Assembly: GCA_964016885.1 (NCBI GenBank)
Contig: OZ024742.1
Coordinates: 281,418,001 to 281,482,000, forward strand
Length of the DNA stretch: 64,000 nucleotides
Reading direction: 5' to 3'
Source of the DNA: Eledone cirrhosa
Taxonomy: Eukaryota
A model generated the notes under the pieces. That model was not told the DNA's origin, did no database searches, and saw only the letters and a program-made list of their open reading frames with translations. Positions 13,181-28,076 of the stretch are shown piece by piece (the stretch's first letter is position 1; every line of letters starts with the position of its first letter). The translations under genes were made by a program, and so were the position numbers.

Positions 13181-13181
<1 letters not shown>
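12074..13181. repeat. Direct tandem duplication (12074-12720, 12723-13181) between (TA)n tracts
   Basis: Near-identical units. Unit 1 has an internal ~129-bp duplication and a ~40-nt extra tail. Confidence 0.85.
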
Positions 13182-13212
<31 letters not shown>

Positions 13213-13244
13213 ATATTCCTTCCATATATATATATATTTATATA

Positions 13245-13336
<92 letters not shown>

Positions 13337-13427
13337 GCAAGATGGATGGACCTGTTAGTTTTCTCTAAAAGCATTTTTCCAATTCCGCCCCACCTCTCCC
13401 TTCAATGTTTCTAATTTCTCATTCTTT

Positions 13428-13690
13428 CTTCTGATGAAGTCCGAAACGTTGAAACACTCTTCTTGCTATTTCAAGCGTTAAGCTAATATATTCCTTCCAT
13501 ATACTGTGCCGATTGTGTTGTTATTTCTGTTTACTTTTTACATAGTTTCAACTAATATATTCCTTCCATATACTGTACCGATTGTGTTGTTATTTCTGTT
13601 TACTTTTTACATAGTATCAACTAATATATTCCTTCCATATACTATGCCGATTGTGTTGTTATTTCTGTATACAATTACATAGATTGCAAT
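13428..13690 (+). repeat. Degenerate minimal HHR followed by three 69-bp tandem repeats
   Basis: CTGATGA-AGTCC-GAAACGTT at 13431-13450; units start at 13483, 13552 and 13621. Confidence 0.65.
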
Positions 13691-15128
13691 TTCACTGATC
13701 TGTTATAAGAGAACCTTTGGGATTACAGGCGAGAACTTACTCTTGCAAATATTGCGAATACAGAATGTATCTTACTATCGTTTCGGCTAAGAAGAACAAC
13801 TATAAACCTATTTAAAAATTATGCTGAAAATAAACCACATTAATCTCCCTAGCTTGGCAGACCCTTAAAATATCGCGTATTCAAATCCAGCTATTGTTAC
13901 TAAGAAGTATCTAGGCCGTGCAAAGTTAGTAATATGTCACCGGCAGGTGATCTATTTCGGATGTGTATTTTAGGGATCTAAATTTGAACTGCTCACCTTC
14001 GGTAATAGACTGAGGCCAGATATGAAATGTAGGTCTCTAGAGCTGGAAATAAGCTCAATTATGAAATGTACGTCCCAGAATCTGTTTATTCTGATAACTA
14101 AGGACATATAAAATTCAATCAATTATTTAGACATAGTCACAGTCTCTTTACCGATCACCGATTGACAGACACATACAAGGTGCAGCCTACTCCTTTTACA
14201 ATTGAAGCAATCATCGTCTAAAAATTATAAGAACCATATCACTTCATTGATATTATTATTTTATTTTATTTGAGATTAGTTCCTCACTAAAATATTGAAT
14301 AAATATCAAATTAATTTGACGAAAAAAGAAAAGAATTGCAAATTGTATTAGTGGATTTGAAACAACAAACTTCTATTTCCTTACTCTGTTGCTTTATCAC
14401 AACTCACTTATTGCACAAACTGTGAAGTGCCATTCTTGTTTTCCTTTAATTTCCTCTCGAGATTTCCGCTTATTTATCGATGCCAATAACCTTTAGTATT
14501 ATCACCAAGTCTCCGCCATATTAATTTACATTAGGGGAAAGCCTCGTTATGAAAATTATATAAATAAAAGTTGGCAAAATGAAGTCATAAAATGTGAGTC
14601 AATACCCACAACAAAACAACATACATCTGCATATTCAGCTGCCAACAGAGAATTCAAAAGCAGACTTTAATAATGTATTTTTATTAGGCTTTTTTTACCA
14701 CTATTTTCCACCATTTTTCACACCCATATATCCACACACACGCACATTCCTTCCTTTGATCATTATTGTATTTTTTTTCACTCTTTCAATGTTATTCCTT
14801 TTTTATACGGTATATTTTATATGCTGAAAAAGAACAATATTTTCACTTCTAGCCATGTCTTTAGTTCCGATGATTGGCATATTTCTGAAAATAACACATA
14901 ATTATCGTCAATGTTTGTTATGTTACCATATTTCTAATCAGTTAGAAAGAATCAAATGATGCTCAGAGGAAATTCTCAAATGCAACAAATAAAATTAATA
15001 TGTATTTCTTCATATTTTTTCTTTTCTTTCTTAATTTTTTCCTTTATGTTTATGCTATTTTTTAATTGTTGTTCCGTTTTTATTTTCTTAAATTTGTTTT
15101 GTGGTGTCTTTGTGTTTTCTCTACCACA

Positions 15129-15174
<46 letters not shown>

Positions 15175-15196
15175 GTTGTTGGTGTTCTTGTTGTTC

Positions 15197-15267
<71 letters not shown>

Positions 15268-15652
15268 GTTGTTGTTATGGTGATTGTTATTGCTGGTGTG
15301 TTATTGTCATTATTGTTACTAGTGTTTTATTATTATTATTATTATTTATTTAATTACTTATTCTTTTTTTTCTTTTGTGTGTGTGTGTGTGTGTGTTTAG
15401 ACTTTTATTTAAAGAAGGAAATCAGGTTATTTAAAATATCGATTGAAAATAAAACATTATGTCAAGATATTTGTCAAATCATATATATATATGTGTGTGT
15501 GTTTATGTGGGTGTGCGTGAGTGCGTAGATGTATTTTTCTGTATCTATATTTATGTATATATGTATATATGTATATATATATATATATAAATATGCATAT
15601 ATGTATATATACATATATATATATATGTATATATATATATATGCATATATGC

Positions 15653-15722
<70 letters not shown>

Positions 15723-16327
15723 ATGTGTGTGTGTGTGTATGTGCGTGTGCGTGTGTATGTATATGTATGTATGTATATGTGTCTGTCTCTACGAGTTAAT
15801 GGCATGTCTCATTTTAATATTTTCAGTTTTTTCTTATCACATTTTCTTATTATATTCTTAAAATGCGTGCGATGATGATAAATTGTTTTTTTTTCTTTTT
15901 TTTTTGTTATATATTATATTATATTATTTTATACTATTATATCATATTAACATTTAATAAAAAAAAAAATATAAAATACAACAACAATAATAAAAAAACA
16001 TTATTTTATTAGCTGAGGTCATCGGAATGCTATATTTTTTGACGATGTTAAGAAACGTTTTAACATAATTATACAAAGTGCTTGAAAATTTTACAGACGT
16101 TATGGCTATTGTTAAAACAGTGTAGTGAACTATAGTGACAATCTTCTATGAAAAATGGAGACCTTCATAACGAGATTGTAATGAGGTCACTGCTGCCATA
16201 CCTCACTTTATAATCATAGGCTTTATTGTTTAACGCTATTATTATATCATTCATTGCCTCCTTAGAAATATCTATTGATTATTTATTGTTGTACGTGTGT
16301 ATGATTGTATACACACACACACACACA

Positions 16328-16527
<200 letters not shown>

Positions 16528-16715
16528 GGAAAATTATTGTGTCAATAAGTACGGAGCGGCAAATGATTGTACCGTAGGGCTATGAATGTATGTATCTTTG
16601 TATGTATGTATGTATGTATGTATGTATGTATGTATGTATGTATGTATGTATGTATGTATGTATGCATGTATGTATGTATGTATGTATGTATGTATGTATG
16701 AATGTATGTATGTAC

Positions 16716-16754
<39 letters not shown>

Positions 16755-16861
16755 CGTATGTTCTTGAATATTAATATATTGATAGGAGGATGCGTGTATA
16801 TACAGTATATATATATATGGATTGATAGAGAGAAAGAAAGAAAGGTAGCTAGCTAGCTAGT

Positions 16862-16928
<67 letters not shown>

Positions 16929-16929
16929 T

Positions 16930-16976
<47 letters not shown>

Positions 16977-17086
16977 TAAAACAGACATACAGGTAATAGA
17001 TGGTGAAGAATTTCACAAGATAGAGATCAAAGAGTGGTTGAGAGAGAGTCTGATAGACAGAACGTCTCTCTCTGTATGTATATACA

Positions 17087-17136
<50 letters not shown>

Positions 17137-17145
17137 ATGTGTGAG

Positions 17146-17207
<62 letters not shown>

Positions 17208-17253
17208 TGTGTGTGTGTGTGTGTGTCGATTGATAGAGAGAAAGAAAGGTAGC

Positions 17254-17338
<85 letters not shown>

Positions 17339-17782
17339 TTATATTGGAACAGACATACAGGTAATAGATGGTGGAGAATTTCACTAGATAGAGATCAAAG
17401 TGTGGTTGAGAGAGAGTCAGAGAGACAGAACGTGAGTCTATCAGGAAAGCTGTCATACAGTTAAAACGTCGGTAGATAGCGATACGGAAACACAAACGAC
17501 AGACATATAATAGAAATAAACTTATCAGAGATAGAGAGCAAGTTCGTGGAGGACAAGACATAACATCGAGCGGTAGATAGATAGACTGCATATACAATGT
17601 GATGGAGTGGCAGAAAGAGGATGAGGAACGACATATTCTATACGTTTATGTTTGAGGGTGAGAGAAAGAGAGAGTTAGGGGGAGAAAGCAAAGGAGGGGA
17701 AATGGGTGAAATTGGGTGGAGAGAGAGTAAAGGTATAAGTTAGTATATTTGCGAGGCAGGGTAGGATAGTATGAGAAAAGTA

Positions 17783-18113
<331 letters not shown>

Positions 18114-18114
18114 C

Positions 18115-18147
<33 letters not shown>

Positions 18148-18159
18148 CATATATATATG

Positions 18160-18225
<66 letters not shown>

Positions 18226-18241
18226 CGTGTGTGTATGTGTA

Positions 18242-18295
<54 letters not shown>

Positions 18296-18311
18296 CGTGT
18301 GTGTATGTGTA

Positions 18312-18346
<35 letters not shown>

Positions 18347-20293
18347 ATGTGAACGGCAAATTAGTGTGTTTGATGATAAAATAGCACATTTCATGCTCAC
18401 TGGACCACGTGACAAGACTGTAAGTGACATGGTTGTAGTCGTTCGTCTGTATGTTATTAGGATTGTTGAGAATTTGTTGTTGCGTTTGTTGTGGATTTTG
18501 TTGTTATCGTTCATGATATGTTTGCTGAAGTGGTTGTTATTATGGTTGTTATTGTTGTAGATGTCACTATTTTTCTGAAACAATATTGTTGTAATTGTTT
18601 TATTTACATCTTTTTTTTTTTTTTTTTGCTTAGTCCTAGGTCAACCTTATATTTTCCCCAGGGATGCCTTCTGCACGAAAAACATGAAGTTATTGTAGTA
18701 CTAATGTACTTCAAATAGTGAACAAAAGACATGTTTAACCAATTATAATTGCAGCTGTAATGAAGAGATAAATAATTAGCCTTAATGATCAGGCTTGTCC
18801 TGAAATGTAAGAGGATGTAGTTAGTAGTGGGCGAACTACTTGGCGCAAACGCAATCCCCATTGATCATGTCCAACTAGTAGTGAATGGTCGTACTACGCA
18901 TTCAGGCATATTGCATTAATGCTTTCTTCACCGAATATCCTGAAAAACCCTGCTTAAATTTGGGGAATTTGTTAAAATAATATACTAGTTGATGTTTTGA
19001 ACATGACTTAATGAAAGTTCTTACATAGGATTATCATGGAATGTTTTTCGAGAAATATATACACTTTAAAATAAATAGTTTTGTATCAGAAATATGTGAC
19101 AATTTTCAGACGGCTTGATATCAATAAATTTAAGTTATGAATCGTGCAATGTGACTGTTCAATCATGCTGCTTTGCTTTTTCCCAGACTATTCGCTGTTG
19201 TTGTTGTTAATTATGATTTGTTGTTTTGCGCAATTGTAACTAGAACTAAGACCACTGTTTGATTTTTGTTGTTTTTTTTTTCGTTTTTTTTTTTTTAGTA
19301 ATAAACAACAATATTCAATGTGAACGCTAGCACATGTGAGTGGTTACGTAGTTCGTTTTACTGCCATATTGTATCAGGTTCCATCACTAAGCGTTACATC
19401 AATCAGCGTGACATCTCGGGCAAGCGACATGTAACGTAGCCACAGATTGACACAAGGCTATGGCTGGAAACTGTGTGGAAGGCTATCGAATGGATTGGAT
19501 CTGTAATTCAAAAGTCCAACTTTGTGACGCACTATAACAAGCTGACTCGGCATGGGGATTTTGATAAGGGTAAACGTAGGCGGCGAATTAGAATGTCTTA
19601 TGGCATTCGTTCCGGCTCACCCTGTTCCTTGAGTTCAAAGCCCGCCGAGGTCAATTTAGCTTTTCATCCTTTCGACGTCGATATAAAAAGTACCAGTCAA
19701 ATACTGGGGTCGATTCTTCCTCAATACCTCATTTTTATTTCCTCTCTCTCACTTCCTATCTTTCTCTGGAAGAATCTACGGTACTCAGGCCTGGACAGGG
19801 GCGGGTTCTGCCAGGCTTAAAATGACTAAGAAACGCCGTATGTCAATACAGCGCCTCTGAGACTCTATCATTAGTTACGGGACCATGTTAGGAACTGAAT
19901 ATTATGTCGAGTGTCTAATTGGTCACGTTGAAATCGACAAAATGTATCGGATCCCAAATGTGCTTCTATGAAGAAATGAGCCCTTCACCACTCTCCGCTA
20001 GCCATATTTCTGTGGATATTTAATATAGTGAAAGTATGCTTTTGTTTTTAATGTGGTGGTAAACAGTGGTGATATAACTTATGCTAAGTATATGTAAGTA
20101 GGTGTGTATGTGTGCGTGTAAACAAGCTTATATTCAAACACGCGTATATTTATCTATGTATATACAACACCCCCATATACATATATATATACATATATAT
20201 ATATACAGTCCAGAAATAGCCGTCGAAACGGCTTGTTCTCTGCCACGGGGTCATACTTTTTCCTATATACATATATATAAATATATATATATA

Positions 20294-20342
<49 letters not shown>

Positions 20343-20370
20343 AAATTTAATCTGAGTTTTTCGAATATTA

Positions 20371-20560
20371 ATAATTGTTTCTACTTTAGGCACAAGGCCA
20401 GCAATTACCCAGTGCATTACTGGTACTTTATTTTATCGACCCCGTAAGGATGAAAGGCAAAGTCAACCTCGGCGGGATTTGAACTCAGATCATAAAGGGA
20501 CGTAACTATGCTGGAAAGCATGGTGTCCGACCCTCTACTGATACTGCCAATCCACCGCCC
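20371..20560 (-). mobile_element. tRNA-derived SINE with target-site duplication
   Basis: A box-like TGGCAGTATCAG and B box GTTCAAATCC on the minus strand; flanked by duplicated TTTTCGAATATTAATAAT. Confidence 0.85.
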
Positions 20561-20844
20561 TTTTCGAATATTAATAATAACATTCGATTAGTTTGCAATT
20601 ATACAAACAAGCCTCATTTTTATAGCCATGTCAGTAGAATGAACAGTTCATTCTTGCTCTTTTGTTGGCATGTAAACAGAACTGCAGACACTAATGTTTC
20701 TGGGTATCAGGCTTGTTTGTATAATTGTGAACGAATCGAATGTTATTACTAAGATTCGTAAAACTCTGATTACATGTATTGTATTCAGCCATGTAGAGCG
20801 AACATTTCCTTATTTTATTTCCTTATTTTATATACATATATATA

Positions 20845-20933
<89 letters not shown>

Positions 20934-21072
20934 GTATACATATATATATATATATATATATAGGTATTTATATGTATATATACATATATATGTATATACA
21001 TATATATGTATATATATATATATATATATAAATATGTACATATATATATATATATAAATATGTATATATATA

Positions 21073-21126
<54 letters not shown>

Positions 21127-21319
21127 TATATGTACATATATATACATATATATATATATGTAGTTTCGTTGACAAGTATATTCATGTGCACAGATACGCA
21201 GATATATTGTCCTTGGTATGACCGTGTGGTTTTAGCTCATGTAGGATAACTAATATGCTACAGAGCCGTTATACGTTTAGGAATAACCAAAGAGTGCTTA
21301 GAAATACATTGTTTTATTT

Positions 21320-21362
21320 GCTAACAGTTTCATCCATAACCTAGGGCAGGAATCATCGGAGC
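21320..21362 (-). ncRNA. Degenerate hammerhead-like motif
   Basis: Minus strand: CCGATGA-TTCC..GGAT-GAAA-CTGTTA-GC. Confidence 0.45.
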
Positions 21363-22169
21363 TCTGAACAAAAATATATTAATGGTTGCAGGCCCCATCG
21401 AGCTCTGTCTCCAGAACAAGGATAAAGGACAAGAGGGGGGATAGAGGCCAGCGCTGTATAGAATAACACACAATACATGATACATATAATGTCATAAAAA
21501 ATTACATCAAAAGCTTATCACATAAATGCTGCAATATATCTTAAGGAGGTTAAGAGAGGAGAGCAAGAAATGAATGAGAGTGTTATTCAGCATGATAAAA
21601 AAACAAGACAAAGCATAGACACATCAATTCACAAGCAGTGCAAACACAGGATTCACAGACAGAGTAGAAACCTTGTAAGCAGGAGTCAGTAAAAAGAAAA
21701 GTTGGTTAGCTGTGGTGCAGCTTTACAGACAGGATTATGTATAGGAAAGATGGTACACTCCAGTGGTATCGCCCTGTACCAGGTCGATTTCTCCGTATCA
21801 GACCACCACGCCCCATCCATTGGTTCCGGTTCCAAGCGTAAGTTTCCAAACACACCCATCGAGGATTTCTCCACAGAGGCAGTCTGCAATAAACACTTTA
21901 AATCTAAAATAAAGTACAATGAAGTGAAGTAAAGTAGTGTACATGCACTGCTAGCACTCCAATGAAGAAAGTGAAAATAAAACAGGTCCGCAATATCTGC
22001 TATATCTTAAAGTCTTCACGTTCGGTCCCACAACCCAACGTCCCAGGTGAAATACACTATATGGTCGAGTCGGCATCGAACTAAAGTGCCATACCATATG
22101 TAAATATACCACAGTAAATGCTATTCGTAATGGCTAGTCAGTCGCGTAGACAGAAAGCGTATTTAGAAA

Positions 22170-22372
22170 AACTCCACTTATGGAATTAGAGCAAACATCA
22201 CGGGCGCTCTATATCAAAATTATTTTTGAAAAGCATTAGAAAATGCGCAACCGGTAAAAATTTTAAACCAAAACTGAATACTAACCAATACTATTACTAA
22301 TTTTTACTTATTCCTAATTAAACTATTTTTCACTGGGAACAATTTGTCAGGATTTTCTTTTCCTTTTACCAA
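22170..22372 (+). mobile_element. Solo 3' pseudo-LTR of PLE family D, with variant HHR at 22223-22259
   Basis: Homologous to 34100-34330 and 60730-60960; ends TTTACCAA followed by (TA)n. Confidence 0.8.
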
Positions 22373-23083
22373 TATATATATATATATATACGTACATACA
22401 TACTTACATACATACGTACATACATATATACATATTACGTATATACATACATACATAGATACATACATACATGCAAACATCCATACATCCATACATACAT
22501 ACATACATCCATACATACATACATACATACATACATACATACATACATACAGACAGACATACATACATACATACAAACATTCTTGCGATTCAAGGGATGA
22601 TAATTTCTTTTCTTTTACAACCTTGCCACCAGGAAGGTGGCCGGTCAAAAAAATATACTCGAAATTAAGAGAAAGAGAAAACATACATACATACATATTA
22701 CAAGGTTGACTGAGGATGATGTCAAAACAATATGAAATTTCAGCCAGCTGGTCTAACCAACCGGTATACATATAAACTAAATTTCGAAGACGTTGGGTGA
22801 AGACTGTGTGATATACGATACATGAACAAGATGCGCATGCGCATATCCGTGTGAACCCAAACGAATCGTTAGAGTGTTTTAATCGAAATAGACGGCGGTT
22901 GTCTGTCGGCTGATGAGATTCGTATCTAATCAAATAGAGTCCCCGGCTGAAAGGCATAGGTGAGGCGTAACGTAGGGTATGTTGAAAAGGGTGGGCTGGT
23001 TTAAGCGCCCCAACCCCTCAAAGGATATATCATGACGTGGGTTAATTTACGAAGGTTGACGGTGGGGAATAATAAAATAGAAA

Positions 23084-23171
<88 letters not shown>

Positions 23172-23517
23172 TTATATATATATATATGTATGTATATATC
23201 TATGTATGTATATATACATATATATATATTATATATGTATATATATATACATACATACATACATACATACATACATAAATACATATGTATATATATATAT
23301 ATATATGTTATATATATGTAAGTATATATATATGTGTGTGCGTGTGTGTGTGTGTGTATATATATATGTATGCATGAATGTATGTATGTATATATATATA
23401 TATATTATATATATTATATATATGTATGTATATATATATGTGTGTGTGTATGTGTATATATATATATGTATGTATGAATGTATGTATGTATATATATATA
23501 TATATATATAGTATATG

Positions 23518-23975
23518 TCGCATGGTCGAGTCGTCTTAGTTTACTTAGTGAGGAGGGTGATTTTGGACACCCTGCAGGACAAAAAGAAAACCTGACAAAG
23601 GGCGGATGAACTCTAAAAATCAACGGCCAGCCGAAATTGTGTAAATATGTATATAGACATGTACCGCCCGGTTAAACCCCTGGGAGCGAAGGAACCCTAG
23701 TCTTTGTCAGGGCATTCTTCTAGAAGAAGGCAACTCATGTAACTGGGATAACTCAGATATAAAACCTGCGGCTCAGTAGTTACCGATGATGTTGATATTT
23801 TATTCTTTTCGGGTTATAGCTACTGTCACTCAGAGAGTGGGATTGGCTCAGTGTACAGTCTTTCCTCACTTTAAAAAATATCTTCACGCACAGGCATTGC
23901 ATGATAGAATTAATTAATAATTATTAATAATGGCATATCGTGCAAAGGACATACTCGATACCGAGGGGTCAGCTC
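23518..23975 (+). mobile_element. Diverged non-autonomous RTE-derived element
   Basis: Shares GTGAGGAGGGTGATTTTGGACACCCTGCAGGAC..CCTGACAAAGGGC with the units in 36955-39115. Confidence 0.65.
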
Positions 23976-23984
23976 TCATATATG

Positions 23985-24042
<58 letters not shown>

Positions 24043-24529
24043 GGTATGATACATTTTATTACTAATTATATCTAAATGTTTCTTCTCTCTTCATAATGTA
24101 TTTTTAACTCTGATACTGGTTCAGTCTGGTTCAAACTGAATTGGTCTGTCCCAGTCATTCATTGAGCAACATCGGTGAAGTTGGCACCCTTAACTCACAG
24201 TTGGGTGCGGATGCATTCATGTATATATGTGTGTGTCCGCATGTATCTGTGTGTTTCTTAATATATTAATAACTCCCTCTGGTCGAGCAATCTTTGAAGT
24301 GTGGGGACAACTGGAAAGCTTCCATTACTCATACTTCTCGCCTTCTTCACTACCTCTTCTACGGCCTCGATATGAATACCCCCTCCGCCTCCGTGGTATT
24401 TTCTTCGTGGTTATAAGAGGCTTAGCTCTGTTTCTCGACCGTCATATCGCGTGACTATCTCCCCCTCCGCCTTTTGGGATTCTTTCTCACGTCGTGTAGA
24501 CGCGTTCTTGAGACTAGTAAAATGAGGTA

Positions 24530-24617
24530 TCCTCTTGATAAGTCGGCAGACCTCGCAAGGACTCTATATCTTTGATATATTGTTTTTGTTTATGCCACGA
24601 AACTACGTAGTCGAGGA
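24530..24617 (+). ncRNA. Type I hammerhead, U3-A8 variant, branched stem II
   Basis: TCCTC-TTGATAA-GT(C)GGCA...TGCCAC-GAAA-CTACGTAG-TC-GAGGA; predicted cleavage after C24612. Confidence 0.8.
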
Positions 24618-25120
24618 ATTTAGGAACAGTTTAGGTATGATACATTTTATTACTAATTATATCTAAATGTTTCTTCTCTCTTCATAATGTATTTTTAACT
24701 CTGATACTGGTTCAGTCTGGTTCAAACTGAATTGGTCTGTCCCAGTCATTCATTGAGCAACATCGGTGAAGTTGGCACCCTTAACTCACAGTTGGGTGCG
24801 GATGCATTCATGTATATATGTGTGTGTCCGCATGTATCTGTGTGTTTCTTAATATATTAATAACTCCCTCTGGTCGAGCAATCTTTGAAGTGTGGGGACA
24901 ACTGGAAAGCTTCCATTACTCATACTTCTCGCCTTCTTCACTACCTCTTCTACGGCCTCGATATGAATACCCCCTCCGCCTCCGTGGTATTTTCTTCGTG
25001 GTTATAAGAGGCTTAGCTCTGTTTCTCGACCGTCATATCGCGTGACTATCTCCCCCTCCGCCTTTTGGGATTCTTTCTCACGTCGTGTAGACGCGTTCTT
25101 GAGACTAGTAAAATGAGGTA

Positions 25121-25208
25121 TCCTCTTGATAAGTCGGCAGACCTCGCAAGGACTCTATATCTTTGATATATTGTTTTTGTTTATGCCACGAAACTACGTA
25201 GTCGAGGA
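25121..25208 (+). ncRNA. Type I hammerhead, U3-A8 variant (second unit)
   Basis: Copy of 24530-24617; predicted cleavage after C25203. Confidence 0.8.
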
Positions 25209-25439
25209 ATTTAGGAACAGTTTAGGTATGATACATTTTATTACTAATTATATCTAAATGTTTCTTCTCTCTTCATAATGTATTTTTAACTCTGATACTG
25301 GTTCAGTCTGGTTCAAACTGAATTGGTCTGTCCCAGTCATTCATTGAGCAACATCGGTGAAGTTGGCACCCTTAACTCACAGTTGGGTGCGGATGCATTC
25401 ATGTATATATGTGTGTGTCCGCATGTATCTGTGTGTTTC

Positions 25440-25481
<42 letters not shown>

Positions 25482-25869
25482 CATACATACATACATACAT
25501 ACATACATACATACATACACACATATATATATACACCTATATGTTCCGGTTCTATTTTTTTTATTTCACTAATGCAGAGAGAGATTATGTGTGTTTGCGT
25601 AAGAGAGGGAGAGAGAGAGGGGGTGGGTGGGACGGGTTTCTAACACAGAAACAAGACTCTTTCATTGGAATTTAGACAAGAACAACTAGATAATTATATA
25701 TGTATGCCTGGATGTGTTTATGTGTGTATGTCCGGATGTGTTTATGTAGTGTATGTGACTGTATGAATGTCATTGCATGTGGGTATCTGTATACTTTTGA
25801 TTATATGAGCACAAAATAGATACGTTTTTAAAGCTATACGTGCGTATATGCAGTTATGACATGCGAAGT

Positions 25870-26850
25870 ATCTGGACTGTTTTACAAATGATTACATTCC
25901 CATTAATTGAATCTATTGGCCGTACTCTTTCTTGTTCTGTAAAGCCCAGCTTCACAAGATTTGCGCTGTAGTGGTAACATAACTAAATAGCATAATGATG
26001 ACAGATACAAATCTAAAGAGATATATGGTGGAGTATATGTAGACTACTTATCATGGAGTATATGTAGGCTACTCATGTTGAATATTTTCTCCCGTTCGCT
26101 AATATTTAACACCATATTAACACATGTTAGTGAGTTGGATTACATTAATGTGCATGACAAATTTTTCCTGTCCCATACCATTACATCTAGTCTACTATTT
26201 TCCTAGTCTGCTAAATTTTATTCGGGTTTTGACTGGGGCATTCCAAGAGTACATTTTCAAATTGTGTCGCAGTAAAGTTTTATTGTTTTATACTCAGTGC
26301 TATCATTACTACGGACTGCATTGTATAGTCTTTTGGCCACTACATCATATCTCATAGGTAAATAGTATCGTGATGAGATCTTTGGACATCACTGTTTATT
26401 CATCTGTTTGCATCTGTTGTCACATCTAAGTGTTTTGGCTGCATAGTTTTTGTGCTTCAGGTATTTAATAACAAAATCATATGCTTGAATGTTAATGCTA
26501 ATATAACAGTTGTTTGTCCAAGAGGAGCTGCTTTCATTATTTACATTATTCTCAATACGAAGCTTTCTGACAACATAACAACATAATCATGCATGTTTTT
26601 TGCTGATAAGCATACATCTTATCTGTTGATTTGTTGCTGTACTGCTGTGCAATTCTTCTATGTGTGAATTGTTTGTCATAGTGGAGGGAGTATTTCCCAG
26701 GAAGCTCTTTTCTGACCTACACGATGTTACCTACCTCTTTCAATCAGATTTGTTTCATGGATGAGTTTCTCCGCTTGGAGGTTAATATTTGTTGTCAAAA
26801 GGATACAATGTAATATGGATCAACGTTAAACCTCTCTCACCTCGTTTACC
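25870..26850 (-). pseudogene. Decayed RLE-type (R4/NeSL-like) non-LTR retrotransposon, 3' half
   Basis: Manual translation gives CPKISSRYYLPMRYDV, YSWNAPVKT, VMVWDRK, FRFVSVII, NLVKLGF and SINGNVIICKT, resembling the zinc-knuckle/restriction-like endonuclease region. Many lesions. Confidence 0.6.
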
Positions 26851-27124
26851 TTTTATGTAGAGACAGTCATATGTATGTACATATGTATACAACACACACA
26901 TATTTGCATTGTTTCTGAGGTAGATAGTAAGCTGGATCTATAATATCGAAAGTAGAAATAGGTGGTGACATAACCACTATATATTAGGCAATATAGGGAT
27001 TTACCATAATAAATCAACCCTCTGAAACTATAGTAAAACAATGAGCTTATTAAGTACCTAACTTCGAAGTTTGTTATATTTTTCATTGCTTACTACATAC
27101 GCGTGCGCGCACTCACTCACACAC

Positions 27125-27222
<98 letters not shown>

Positions 27223-27397
27223 ATGTACATATAAATAACTCTGTAGCTTGATTAGAATCATCAATGGAACCTCATGCGATGAGAGCCTACTGTAAAACCT
27301 ATAGCTCATGATCTTGTTGAAACCAGCTCTACAAGACTGCCTGGAGTTCTTATAACGTTATCAGTCCCACTATAAACAGGTGGAGACCAATATATAT

Positions 27398-27549
<152 letters not shown>

Positions 27550-27776
27550 AAATGTCATCTGACCATCTGATAAAAGTGAGCGGGAGAAAAACATTGAATC
27601 GGCTCAGTCTATCCTTGCAATATTAAGATCGAAAAAGTCTTTAGGGACGTTCCTCTAAGAACATTTATAAGAGAACTTGGTGATAGTAACCAGTATGTTT
27701 CATTCTACTTAGATCTTCTCAGCTAAACTTATTTACTTCGCTAACTGGCTAAAGTATGTATGTTTATCTATGTATG

Positions 27777-27903
<127 letters not shown>

Positions 27904-28033
27904 AGTGTGTGTTTATCCTGGGTCCAATCGAGGGTAACCACAGTCAGTAAGGTACACATTACAAAGCAGATTATAAGTATTTAATATAGAAAAAGCTTCC
28001 TGGTGTTTTCTCCTGTTTTATATATATATACAA

Positions 28034-28076
<43 letters not shown>

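Larger units (their letters stand above)
24041..25445 (+). mobile_element. 591-bp tandem repeat (~2.4 copies) with one hammerhead per full unit; retrozyme-like
   Basis: Units start at 24041, 24632 and 25223 and look identical. Flanked by (TA)n on both sides. HHRs at 24530-24617 and 25121-25208. Confidence 0.85.

Noticed and set aside
13483-13690. CRISPR-like array (also considered for 36955-39115)
   Set aside because: Contiguous tandem units with no unique spacers and no cas genes, in a eukaryotic context.
24227-24454. 75-aa ORF repeated in each 591-bp unit
   Set aside because: No recognisable motif, starts in a TG-rich patch, and is duplicated only because the unit is.
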